NCBI GenBank assembly: GCA_003990765.1
Contig: RBNJ01000351.1
Span: 1 to 32,383 of the forward strand
Length of the DNA: 32,383 nucleotides
Source: Jimgerdemannia flammicorona
Lineage: Eukaryota
Direction of reading: 5' to 3'
Shown here: piece after piece, positions 10,760 through 22,235 of the stretch
How positions within the stretch are numbered: position 1 is the first letter of the stretch
Layout of the letters: every line of letters begins with the position of its first letter
The notes under the pieces: model-generated
Database searches by the model: none
What the model was told of the DNA's origin: nothing
The model's input: only the letters and a program-made list of their open reading frames with translations
Made by a program: the position numbers and the translations under genes

Positions 10760-13700
10760 ATGGATATGAGACTGCCAGTATTCCACGAATATACCTCAGA
10801 TGAATCAATCATCACCTTCATTGATGATTTCGAGCAGTATGCTGCTGTAAGAACTCTGACAGCAGCACAGCAAGTAGCTCTCATGCCCTTCAGCCTATGA
10901 GGCCCTGCCAGAGCAGCATTCACAGCTGTAACCCATGCAGGAAATGATGCTGATGCTATACTGACAGCACAGAAGACCTGGCTCCGAAATATATATTACA
11001 CAGATGAGATCAAGCAAGCCCTGAAGAATTAGCTCAACACAACATGCCAAGGAATGAGCGAGGATCCAAACACATTCTATACCAGAATTCAATATCAGAT
11101 AATCCTTGCAGATTATGCTGCTGCTATCCGAGATCAAGTAGCCAAAGCAACCTTCATGAAAGGAGTCCATCCAGAAATAGCCATGGCCATCCGCTCATCA
11201 CCAGTAATTCTGGATCTGCCATAGAAGGTCACCTATGCTCAGCAATACTGGATAGCCAGATACCCACAAGACCATATAATGGAGAGAGTTACAGGAGTCA
11301 GAATCGAGGCACCCAAGACAACTAGTGTAATCCCCACCACAATGATCAATCGAAACACATCTCAGCCAAAAGCTACAGAGCAGCAAAAGAACAGTGACCC
11401 TATGGAGGAACTTACCAAAAGGTTTGCTGAGATGACTGCCCACCTGGGAGATATGGTAAAGGAAATCTGAGGAAGAGATTGCCGCCTTGTTCAGAAGTTT
11501 GCCGCCACCTCAGACAAAAAGAAAGGTACCTGCTACAGCTGTGGAGAAGAAGGCCACTACTCCTATGAATGTATGAGTGAAACCAAATGCAAGGCTCAAC
11601 CAAGCAATGCCACACAAAACAAGGAGCAGGCCAATACAATCACCTTTGAAGAAATTGGAGAATCCAATGAAGAGGAATGGGAGGCCTATCCTGCTCAGAC
11701 TACCAAGAAGGATGCTCGCAAAGAACCCTACAAGAGACCACCAAGAAGACCCAAGAAGAACCCAGTGGAAAAGTGGATGGAAACTGTCACAGAAAGTCAA
11801 GCCAAAGAGATGGACCAAGATATTGAGCTGGAGCAAGCAGTTCAAGATATCATCCGAGGAACCACTCCAGCCAGTGAAGGAGAAAAAGAAAAGAAGCTTT
11901 GCAAGATCAAGACCTTCAAGTATGATATCTTCAAGGATCTCAGTCAACAAAAGGTCAATGCAACCTTTGGTCAGCTCACAGAAATCCCAACATTCAGACA
12001 GCAAATGAGGTTTGGACTTGCCGAAACAACCAAGAAACAAGGATGGAAGATAACTGAGACCAATAATGTTCAAGAGGACTCAGGAGAAGAAAGTGAGAAC
12101 AATCGCAAAACCTCTGCTTATACAACATACCAAATCGAAGATAGAACCTTTGAAGCTATCATTGATATGGGAGCAGGAGGATGTCTCCTCAGTAAGAAGG
12201 CAGCAGACCGCCTAGGTTGGGATGTGGAAGAAGCAACTAAGTTAGTATTCGTCACAGCTGATGGCACAAGAGCCACACCTCTGGGAAAGATCTGAGATGT
12301 TCCCATCAAGATTGGAGGAGCAACAATCCCAGTAGACATAATCGTAACCAATGCCACCAACTATGACATCCTCATCAGCAATCAATGGCTTCACAAAGCC
12401 AAGGCGGTAATCAATCTCAATGCTCAGAAGATGCAGATCACCTACCGGGGACAGAAGATACAAATTTCCATCAATACCAACAAAGGAGTCCTGCCTGATA
12501 TGGAGGAAGAAGAGAGTAAGCAAGAGGAAGCTTATATGGTAACTACTCCAAAGAAGAAGAAAGTTGGATGGATGAGTGAAGAAGAATGGTGCAAGAAGAT
12601 TGCAGAAGGTTATGCCCTACAAGGAGTCTGTCCTCATGGAATCAAGATGTACTGTATGGAGCATGTCAATGATTGCTACCAGTGCACCATCGGAACCAAG
12701 AAGATCTATCAGGAAAGAAGGCAGAAAGCTCTCGAAAAACAGATCAGGGAAGAAGAGAAGGAGGAAGACGACAAACCACCAGCCCTCCTGGAGGACAGTG
12801 ATGATAAAGAAGAAATCAAGGTCAAGATTTGAAAGATCCACCCTGATGCAGTCTTGCCAGAATACAAGTCAGAAAACGCAGTCAGAATGAACATCACTAC
12901 AGTAGAAGAAACTGTACTTGAACCCCAGACAACCACCCTACTTGCAACTGGACTAGAGATGACCATCCCAAAGGATCATGTCGGGATTCTCAAGACAAGA
13001 AGCAGCCTGGCTAGAAGCAAAATCACAATCGAAGGAGGAGTCATTGATTTAGACTATACTGGAGAAATTCTACTCATTGCTAGAAATCACAATTCTACAA
13101 TTCCATTCCCAGTCAAGAAGAAGGACTGATTGGCACAGATGTTGATCTTTCCAATCATACAACCAAGGATCATAGAAGTCAAGAATCTGGAGGAAATGAA
13201 AAGAGGAAAGAAAGGATTTGGATCCACAGGAAGAGGAGTATTCGCCAGCACCAAGATCACCAAACTCAAGCATAAGAAGGAGGAAAACATGAGCAAGCAC
13301 AGTTATACCATTGGAGACAAATTCCCACTCAAGGAGAAACTCAAGAAAATACTCCATGAATTCGAGGATGTCCTTGCCACGGATTTCAAGGATATCAAGA
13401 GAAAGACCCCACACTACTATCATGAGGTAGATACCAGAGACACCGAATCAATTTATCAGAAGGCAAGATCTGTCCCACCAGTCTACTAAGAATGGCTCAG
13501 AGAAGAAATCAAGCAGATGGAAGAAGCTGGAATCATCAAAGAAGCCAGCAGCCCCTGGTCTTTACCAGTTGTACTAGCCCCGAAAAAAGGAAGCAAACCT
13601 GGAGAATTTGCCTCAAGGCTCTGTGTTGACTACAGAAAGCTCAATGCAGTTATCAAGAAGGATTACCAACCACTGCCACTCATCAGTGACATCCTTATAA

Positions 13701-14752
13701 CACTGGGAGACGAAGTACAGTACTATAGTACCTTGGACTTATACTCAGGATTCCACCAAATTGGACTCACAGAAATGGCAAGTGAAAAGTCAGCCTTCAT
13801 CACCCCAGACAGAACCTACATCTACCTATGAATGCCATTTGGAATGTGCATTGCACCAGCAAGCTTTCAGCGAATGATGAACAAAATCTTCCGCTATGAT
13901 ATGGGAAGATGGATGATGGTCTATGTTGATGATGTAATCATCTACAGTAAGACACCTGAGGAACATCTGCAGCACATACAGCAGATAATAGAGAGACTAA
14001 GACAACATGGCCTTTATATCAAACCCAAGAAGTACAAGTTTGCAGAAATCAAGATCTCCTATCTTGGCCATATTATCAATTGAGATGGAACACATACAGA
14101 CCCCCTCAAAATACAAGCGGTAGCAGCGTACCCAAGGCCCACTACTGTTACAGAAGCCCAAGCCTTCATGAGACTTGTCTCCTACTATTGCAGATTTATT
14201 AGAGGATTCTCTAACATCACAGGTCCAATCTACGAACTCAACAAGAAGAATACCAAGTTCTAGTGGACTGGCAGACAACAAAAAGTATTTGATGAACTCA
14301 AGATCAGACTAACTCAGGCACCCATCCTCAGACGACCCAATTGGACCCAAGAATTTATCCTTCAGACAGATGCAAGTGTGCAGGGACTAGGAGCAGTCCT
14401 AGCTCAAAAAGAAGACAAAAAAGAGTATGTTATTACATACCTTAGCCGTGGAACCCAAGGGGCTGAAAAAGAATATGAGTCCTACAAGTTGGAATGCCTT
14501 GCAGTCATCTGGGCTGTGGAAAAGTTCCACTACTATCTGGCTGGAAGACACTTCATCATCCAGACGGACCACTCAGCTCTCACCTGGCTACTGACAACTG
14601 GACAACCCAAGGGAATCTATGCCAGATAGATAATAAAGTTACAAGCCTATGATGTAACCATCATACACCGCCCTGAAAGAACAAATTCCAATGCAGATAC
14701 TCTCTCACAGACACCTCAAACTACCTCCAACCAACAAATCAATCATGAATAA
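10760..14752 (+). pseudogene. gag-pol: E1 Gag-PR-dUTPase-RT-RNase H polyprotein (single frame, multiple premature stops)
   Basis: Motifs: MDMRLPVFHEY...FIDDFEQYA, zinc knuckle CYSCGEEGHYSYEC (11531-11572), protease AIIDMGA, RLCVDYRKLN, LDLYSGFHQI, MPFGM, YVDD, LQTDAS, TDHSAL, NADTLS. All track ORFs from 11279 to 14378 that carry these motifs share one frame, which ends at TAA 14750-14752. Confidence 0.95.
12815..13231 (+). pseudogene. dut: Trimeric dUTPase domain of E1 (between PR and RT)
   Basis: IHPDAVLPEY...TGLEMTIP...TRSSLA...GGVIDLDYTGEI...LAQMLI...RGKKGFGSTG gives motifs II-V clearly, with motif I decayed (AVRMN). Confidence 0.95.
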
Positions 14753-15938
14753 GGAGCTCTACTATGGAATTATCACATACCTGGGACAGTGAAAGATGCC
14801 CCAACATCTGGAAGAATGGACACAAATGATTATCAATAGGACATGGAAACAATTCGAAACTGATGGAGAAACACTGAAGAAAGGAAAACTACTGGTTATA
14901 CCAGAACACAAGAAGGAGCAAGCGATGAAATCAGTACATGAACTTGGCTATCTAGGAGGAATAAATACATATGACAAGGCAAGAAGAACAATATGGTGGC
15001 CAGAGATGGAGGAAGATATCAGACAATTTGTCAAGACATACAACAAATGCCAGAAACAAAAATAAGACCAATGGAATCAAGCCCCAGGATCAGCACACAT
15101 AGAACCAGTACCATTTGCCCATATAGCAATAGATGTAATCGGCCCTCTACCCTTGACTCTGACTGGTAACTGATATATCATTATCATCATAGACCTTTTT
15201 ACGAAGTGGATAGAAGCAGGACCTCTCAAGGAAGCCAATGCACAGTCAATTGCCGATTTCTTCTACAAGGAAATCATCTGCCGGTTCAAGACCCCAATAC
15301 AAGTAACTACAGATAGAGGAACAGAATTTGTGAACCAGCTCTTTGAGGTTCTCTATAAGAAGTACAAGATCCAGCACATTCAGACCACAGCCTATCACCT
15401 CCAAGAAAATGAACAAGTAGAAAGGACCAACAAAACTCTCAAGAATATTATCACCAAGATCTGTGATAACTACGAGAACTGGGATTACTATCTGCCAATA
15501 GTATTATCTGCTCTCCGGGATATTCAATCACAAAGCACCCACTTTACCCCTTGAGAAATGCTGTTTGGAGAAGAATGTTCTCAAGGAACCCTATCATCCA
15601 ATGGAGATACTGTATAGAAACATGTGGATATGGAAATACGGAGATTACACCAAATCAGAAAGAAGGCTGAGGATTACATAACCAAGGTGCAGACACTATA
15701 ATAGAGGAATGCAGAAAAGACCTACAAGCTCTTGGAGATTATCAAGATAGGAGACAAGGTCCTAGTATATTGGAATATGGTAGAAGCTTCATAATCATGA
15801 AAACTGGAGCCCAAGTGGGAAGAACCTTATCTTGTGCAAGATATAAAAGAGACCACCTTTTGGCTATAAAAACCCTCAGGCACAATAATCTCCACTACCA
15901 TTCACCGAAACTGACTCAAGAAATATTATGGCCAGTAA
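14745..15938 (+). pseudogene. E1 integrase in its own reading frame
   Basis: Motifs: MNKELYYGIITYL, VHELGYLG...WWPEM...YNKCQ (decayed HHCC), IDVIGPLP, TTDRGTEF, QVERTN, KLEPKWEEPYLV (GPY), IHRN*LKKYYGQ*. Confidence 0.93.
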
Positions 15939-16404
15939 CAAAAGTACTACAATGGCACTCAAGATTACTAATGCTGCCCAAAGAGCCATCGAAAGACAAT
16001 GGCACACCACCAAGCCTCCGACCATAGAGGCATACTATGAGAATATTCAGAGTATTGTGCAGACTCATCTCTCTCAGATCTCACACTTTAGAGCCTATCA
16101 ATATCAGGCAGAATTCCAAGAGTACTTCAAGCTTAGACAGGTGCTCAATCAGGATCCAGCAAAGACCAAAGAGGACTAGATTGCCAAGTGTCAACTCTCC
16201 CACTCACAAATCACTATCGCCAAAAGGATCCACAAGTTATTCCAAGAAGATGAACCAGTGATAGACTACCTGAGAGGAGTAATCCCCACCAACTTCGAGA
16301 AAGTGAGGAGACATCATTGGGAAATAGTCATATAGCAAATTACACAATATAAGACCATATAGATGGTTGAAGCCTGGGAGTTTGAATAGATGCCTCAGAG
16401 ATGA
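15928..16404 (+). pseudogene. E1 extra ORF3 of unknown function (3' end uncertain)
   Basis: The ATG overlaps the integrase stop. There are 83 open codons, and the frame then continues (IAKRIHKLFQEDEPVIDYLRGVIPTNFEKVRRHHWEIV) up to the PPT with only TAG stops. Confidence 0.7.
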
Positions 16405-16416
16405 GACCATCTATTC

Positions 16417-16425
16417 AGGAGGAAG
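16417..16425 (+). promoter_or_regulatory. E1 polypurine tract
   Basis: aggaggaag lies immediately before the 3' LTR. Confidence 0.8.
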
Positions 16426-16426
16426 T

Positions 16427-16884
16427 TGTGATAGTACAGCCAAATTTGGAAGAAGGAAATAGGGAATAGACACTTGATCGCACCCAGTCCCAAAGTAGTA
16501 TAGCTGTATAGTTAGCAGTCACCAATTCCAACATTGTCTAAATTTCTAGACATTATCCAAATCAAACACCCTGATTTAGTATAGCATTTAGACATTGTCC
16601 AAATATTTTGACAAAGTCCAAATAACTCATTTATTACTTAGCCACCCTCTCATAGCTAGTAAACTTGTATAAATAACCCAGTATCTTTGAGTGAATAAAC
16701 CTCAGATCGAAATAGTTCAAAGCAAAGGGATAGCAAAGGAACTAGTAAGCCTGCAGGCAGATACACTTCGAACTCATCCACCCTCCCCTACAACTTCAAG
16801 AGACTCTGTGAGAGTCAGAACAGTCAAGTTTTCAAGATACAGAAATCTGACGTACTTTCAAGAGTAAGCGTCTGCTACGTTATA
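16427..16884 (+). repeat. E1 3' LTR
   Basis: Termini are tgtga...ttata (terminal CA decayed to TA). It has about 22 substitutions and no indels versus the 5' LTR. Confidence 0.97.
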
Positions 16885-17554
16885 CTAAATTATATTATCT
16901 TGCCTAATATCTTACCAAAAACTTTTAATGAAAGAGAGTATAAGAAAATATATATGAAATAGCTTAAGATAATTAACAAGATTTATAACTATGTCAATCT
17001 ACTTGAGATTGTAAAAATAGTTCATAATATATATAAAGATATTGACTCAAATAAAGATAACAAAATAATCAATATCTCTAATATTTCTCTTTATTGAACA
17101 AAAATAATCTAATCTAAGAGAGAGATAAGTAGAATATAGAGAAGAATATATATATAGTAGGAGGAACTATTTGCAGAAGAAGAAAGTATTTGTATAAGAG
17201 AAGTATCTATAGATAAAAATATTCACAGGAGTATTTGTAAATAAAAAAGAAATAAAATGGTCTTTTTTGAAAATTCTATCTTATATTCATCTATTGTTTA
17301 TATGTAAGTTGTTCATATCTGTGAAATATAAGTTTATACTTATATTAAAGAGTTTATATCTGTGAAATATTAGTTTATACTCATATTAAAGAGTTTATAT
17401 CTATTATTAATGAAAAATGTTCATATCTATAGTAAATATTTGAATATATATATATATATTTCTGTCTATAAAATATATTTGAGTTTATAATATACTATTG
17501 TGAATATATAATAAAATTTATAGATCTCTGCCAAATTCACTTAGAACTGAATTA

Positions 17555-18904
17555 TTTTTTTATAATATACTAATTATAAGATATATATAGATAACTATCT
17601 GAGTAATACTCCTAATGAGTTAATTTAATCTAGATTGAATTTAGATTGATTCAGATTGAATCTCATTCAGATCAACTTAGATAAGATTTGAATCTCATCT
17701 AGATAGATTTGAATCAACTATTGTTTTGATTTCCAAATTAGACAATTAAATATTTATATTGATAACTTAATGAATAATCATCTAAATTTGATGATCTTAG
17801 TATCATTTAAAAGTCTTTAATAAGGCCTATCTAATGATATCAAGAATATTAAAATCAGATTATGCATTACTGAGTTATAAAGGAAATCATCTGAATTACC
17901 AATTTTGAAAATTATTTAATTTACTAATTTTGAAAATTTCATCAAATAGAACATTTTCCTTAATATCTCAGCAATATATAATCTGATTTTAATATTCTTG
18001 ATATCATTAGAAAGGTCTTATTAAGGGCTTTTAAATTACACTAAGATCATTAAATTTGGATGATTATTTATTGAGTTATTGATGTAAATATTTAATTGTC
18101 TAATTTAGAAATCAAAATAATGGTTAATTCAAATCCATCCAGATGGGATTTGATCTTATCCAAGTTGATCCAGATGAGATTTAAATTCCATCTGGATTGA
18201 TTTATTTGGAGCACTATGTCTGAGTCTCTTTTCTCTTAACTTTAACTCCTCTATCTCAGAATGGTTTACTATATCTATAAGAGTATAGTAGAAGAAGAGT
18301 AATAATAATAAGTTGTCTCTTTATTGATATCAGATTGGTGTCTTCTCTACTTTTTCATAGTTCTGATATCTCTGGCTATATATGGAGTATATTTATCTTA
18401 GTATAGTATCTTCTTTCTTTTGCCATCATCAACAAAATATCATCTTAGTATATTATAGGCTATATAGAGTATTAGCTGATCTTAAGTATTAAGTACTAGA
18501 ATAGATTATCTATAAGTTCTTAATATCTATAGTAGAGCCCTCTGAGCTTTAGTGAGCTTCCCAGTAAGTATAATGCTAGTATAAGTGACTGTTTTTGGTG
18601 AGGTTGAGATATAAGAGGAGATGGTTATTATAGATAAGAGAAAGAGTAATAATAGTGAATCAGTAGAATATCAGGCTAGAGACAGTTATTAGAACTAGAG
18701 TAAATATTATATTGATGAGATCTTCTAATTAATACAGAGTAGTTAGATAGTAAGTATCACTCTTAGCTACTTTTGATAATATATAGAGTTGGGTCCTAGT
18801 CATTAGAGATAGTTGAGAGGACCTAAGACTACTCTGATCAGATATCTTAGTTATACTTAACTAGAACTAAGAGCTGATGTAATACTACAATTGAGATCTA
18901 CAAA
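17555..18904 (+). mobile_element. SINE-like retroposon, copy 2 (strongly AT-decayed; interrupted by two MITEs; remainder probably ~31817-32100)
   Basis: agttgtctctttattgatatcagattggtgtcttctctactttttc aligns to 7478 onward and 32285 onward. Alignment continues on both sides of the MITE at 17604-18216. Confidence 0.8.
17604..18216. mobile_element. hAT-type foldback MITE, family 2, copy 1 (613 bp)
   Basis: Termini are taatactcc / ggagcacta, with inverted arms of roughly 270 bp. The 8-bp TSD is tatctgag (17596-17603) / tgtctgag (18217-18224). Confidence 0.9.
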
Positions 18905-19258
18905 TAGTACTCTAAATAAGTTAATTTAATCTAGATTAAATTCAGATTAGATTCAGATTAAATCTCATCTGGATTAACTTAGAAGATATTTGAATTCCAT
19001 CTAGATCAATTATTGTTTTGATTTCCAAATTAGATAATTAAATATTTACATCAATAACTTAATGAATAATTATCTAATTTTGATGATCTTAGTATCATTT
19101 GAAAGCTCTTAATAAGGCCTTTCTAATGACATGTCTCTCTCTAGTACTATTCAGGTTACACAACCTTTGGAAAGCACTTACAACATCGTTTTTGGAGAAA
19201 AGAAACTAATAACATGGCAACTGACAGGCAATCTGAGGTGTGTACTGGGCAGGGTGGC

Positions 19259-20761
19259 TATAAGAGAGTTACTTTTTAGGATAATCATTATGTAGTTCTG
19301 GAAGGGTTTTCTGGAAGTTCTGGATATTCTGAAAGACCATTTTCTTATGGTCAAGATCAATTTCATATAGAGTATATTCTCTATGCTTATTGATTTCAAG
19401 ATCAGATTAATGTCTCAACCAAAGTCCTTTTTCGGACTAGTTCTGGATGTTCAGGATTTTCCATATTTCAGAGAGTTCAAGAAACTAAGACCAGCTTAGT
19501 TGAGTTGGCATATTACTGCAGATAATACCTAATTAGGAAATTTCGTAATGGGGTTAAGAGTGGGACCTAATGGGGAGCAGATTTACTTAAGAGTAGTTTA
19601 TAGGTTATTAAATAGATTTATTCGCTATTCATGATATTACTATATTAGGAGTAGTTGTGTGAAGGGATATTGTGAGAAAGTGTTCAGGAATGTTCTTGTA
19701 TGTTTGAGTCTATTCAAGTCTGAGATTCTGAGGTCTGGGAGAGGGGGTATTTATACTAGTGAGGGGCTATCTGAACTATACTGTATATGGATGTAGCACT
19801 AAGTGCCTTACTGAGTTGGAATGTAGTCATATAGTACAAGTATGATCTGATATATCAAGAGATTGTCTGACTGCTAAGTCAGTTCACAGTTATATCATAC
19901 AAGGCTAATCTAACTATACTATGACTGCTAAACTATTTATAGATTTAGATGCTGTCTGGTTAGTCTTTGATGACATCACTATTGATGACATCATCACTAG
20001 TGAAGTCTGAGCAGTTTTCTGACTTCTGATATCATCAGTTTCAAAGGTATTGTTACTTCTATCTCTTGTAAAATTATGACTATCCTTAGTGGTGGTGGTT
20101 GTATAAGGATAACAGGTCTTGGTTCTCTTTTTTTTTTGGTCTGCTAGTGCATTTGTGAGGACTGGCTATTCTCATCTAGGGCAAGGGCTCCCAATGTCAC
20201 AGCTGGGAGTTCAAACCTCTTGGAAATGATATTTTCTATAATCTAAGGCAATTTCTAATAGTAATATCTGTCATATAGATGGCTTGAGATTGGTTTCGAT
20301 GATGTTAGCTTTCTTGAGTTCAGATGAAGCATCCATCACTCTCTAATAGAGGTGATACAGATAGAGCGAATGGAGTTGTTTAAATGTATTTTACTTCTAC
20401 TAAGTAATGAGGTCTTGTATAGTTGCAGTGTATCCTGATCTTGAGTTGATAAGTATAGTTCGTGAACCTTTTGATGGATGAGATAGGGCTCTTCTTATCT
20501 CGATTTGAGTTTGGTACTTTTGGTTTCCTTTTGTAATAGTACAGTATACCAAACTAGTTATAGCAATTCAGAGTTAGTCTTATAGTTATAGTACTTCTTC
20601 TAGTATTCTTGTATCTTGGCAGTGGGTTCTTGTGCTTGCTGACATATTTTGTGTAACCAGATGATCTCTTCAGTAACTTGTTTTATAGTCTTGCATGTGG
20701 TTTCCAAATTAGTTTTGAGGATACTATGCAATTTTGGTGGCTTAGAGGTTGTATGCTTACA
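19259..20761 (-). repeat. E2 3' LTR (1503 bp)
   Basis: Termini are tataag (decayed tgtaag)...cttaca. A TATA box (tataaata on minus) is at 19748-19755 and the PPT aaaaaggggagag is at 20763-20775. Confidence 0.95.
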
Positions 20762-20819
20762 ACTCTCCCCTTTTTAGCTTTTGACATCCTCATCGGGGCC
20801 TTCTAATTTGTTCTGATAT

Positions 20820-22235
20820 TGTTGTACCATTTGGATGGTTCTTGTGGCTGTATTTGTTGAGGATTTGTTCAACTTTGTATTCTTCTTGATCATTAATAAT
20901 GACAGGTACAGGTGGTTCTGTGGTTCGGTTCAGAAATGTGTCTCAGACCTTCTGGAGTAGTGGTCTGACATGGCTGTTAACTTTAGAAAAGTCTTCTTCA
21001 GAGTTCTCAGATTCTCCTTTAGATGGGCAGATGGAGATGGTGAAGAGAGGGCATTTCTTAGCCAATTTCTTGAGTTGTAGTTTGTTGATATAGGTGATCT
21101 TTGGTCTAGGGTCACTAGAGTTGAGTGAGTCCTTTTCACCTTGCAGTTTGAAGTTATGGCATCCTTTCTTGATGGTTAGAGAATGGTTTACCCAATCGAT
21201 CATAGAGTTCTCTTATTTTAATCATAGAGTCCCAAGGATGATTTCATTATCAGAGAGTGGTATGATCTGGAGGGTAACATGTACTTGGTAGTCACCAATT
21301 TGGAAAGGTAGATTGTGAACTTTCTTGCTAATAATATGGGAGATTCCATCAGCTGTGGTGACTGCTTAGGTTTGTTGTATCAGAGAGGTGAAGACCTTGA
21401 GTCTGTTGGCTGTTTCTTCATTGATGAAGTTACCTGAGACACCACTGTCTATCATAATCTTGACAGGTGCTCGATTGACAAAAGCTTTAAGTGTAAGCAG
21501 TTTGTCTGATCCAATAGTGGTGATTTCAGTTGTAGGAGCTTTCCTTCTATTGGTTCTTCTTTGAGCCAGTTTGTTGACACAAGAGAAGCAATCATCAATC
21601 ATTCAGGAAGAGTACATTTCAATACCATAGAGGCATTGGCCACTTGGTACATATCTGTCTTCAATTTTCTTGTAGAATTATTCTTCTTTGTTCATAGTAG
21701 GTTGGGCTGGGGCCTTGTTTGATGAGCCAAATCCTTTGGATTCTTGGATAGTGGGCAGTAGTTTAGGGACTTCCTTGACTGTTAGAGTTGACTCAATTTT
21801 TTTGAATAGAATCTGGGCAATGCAGAAACCAATGGAGATCTTGAAGGATGTCCAACTATGATTTCAGATGAGGATAATAATTTTGTCTGTGTAATTCTCA
21901 TCAATGACTCCTCCTTCTACTGAGAGTTCTTTCAATGCTAGGCTGCTGCAACAGCATATTCTTCCAATATGTCCTTTAGGAATTTGGATACTGATTCCTG
22001 TATAGACTTGCTTGATTTCTTGATTGGAAACTGTAGCTTCTTCAGCTGCATACAGATTATATCCAGCTGCTTTTTGACTTCCTTTGGTTGGGGCCTTAGC
22101 AGTTTGCCTTAACTTGACAAAGTCTAGTATTCTGGTAGTCAGGTTATTAAGGTGGTGCAGAGTAGTAACAGTTACTAAGGTTTTCAGTTGGGGCAGGTAC
22201 TGGCCATATGTCCTGTCTTTTGGCAATAGAAGCAT
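20820..22235 (-). pseudogene. E2 truncated pol: dUTPase - Cys/His module - aspartic protease - chromodomain stub
   Basis: dUTPase (~21720-22127): KAAGYNLY...TGISIQIP...SSLA...GGVIDENYTDKI...IAQIL...KGFGSS. Protease: IMIDSGVSGNFI...IILG. Then EEYKVEQILNK. It lies in the -1 frame relative to gag. Confidence 0.92.

Larger units (their letters stand above)
10188..16884 (+). mobile_element. Full-length Ty3/Gypsy LTR retrotransposon with dUTPase (element E1), inactivated by stops
   Basis: It has two 458-bp LTRs, a PBS, a PPT and the domain order Gag-PR-dUTPase-RT-RH-IN. A probable 4-bp TSD is ctag (10184-10187) / ctaa (16885-16888). Confidence 0.97.

Noticed and set aside
10690..14281. Minus-strand and alternative-frame ORFs over E1
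   Set aside because: They are shadows of the gag-pol frame and carry no independent motifs.
15928..16404. env gene / endogenous retrovirus call for E1
   Set aside because: The ORF is too short and has no hydrophobic segments; the RT motifs and RT-RH-IN order are Ty3/Gypsy-type.
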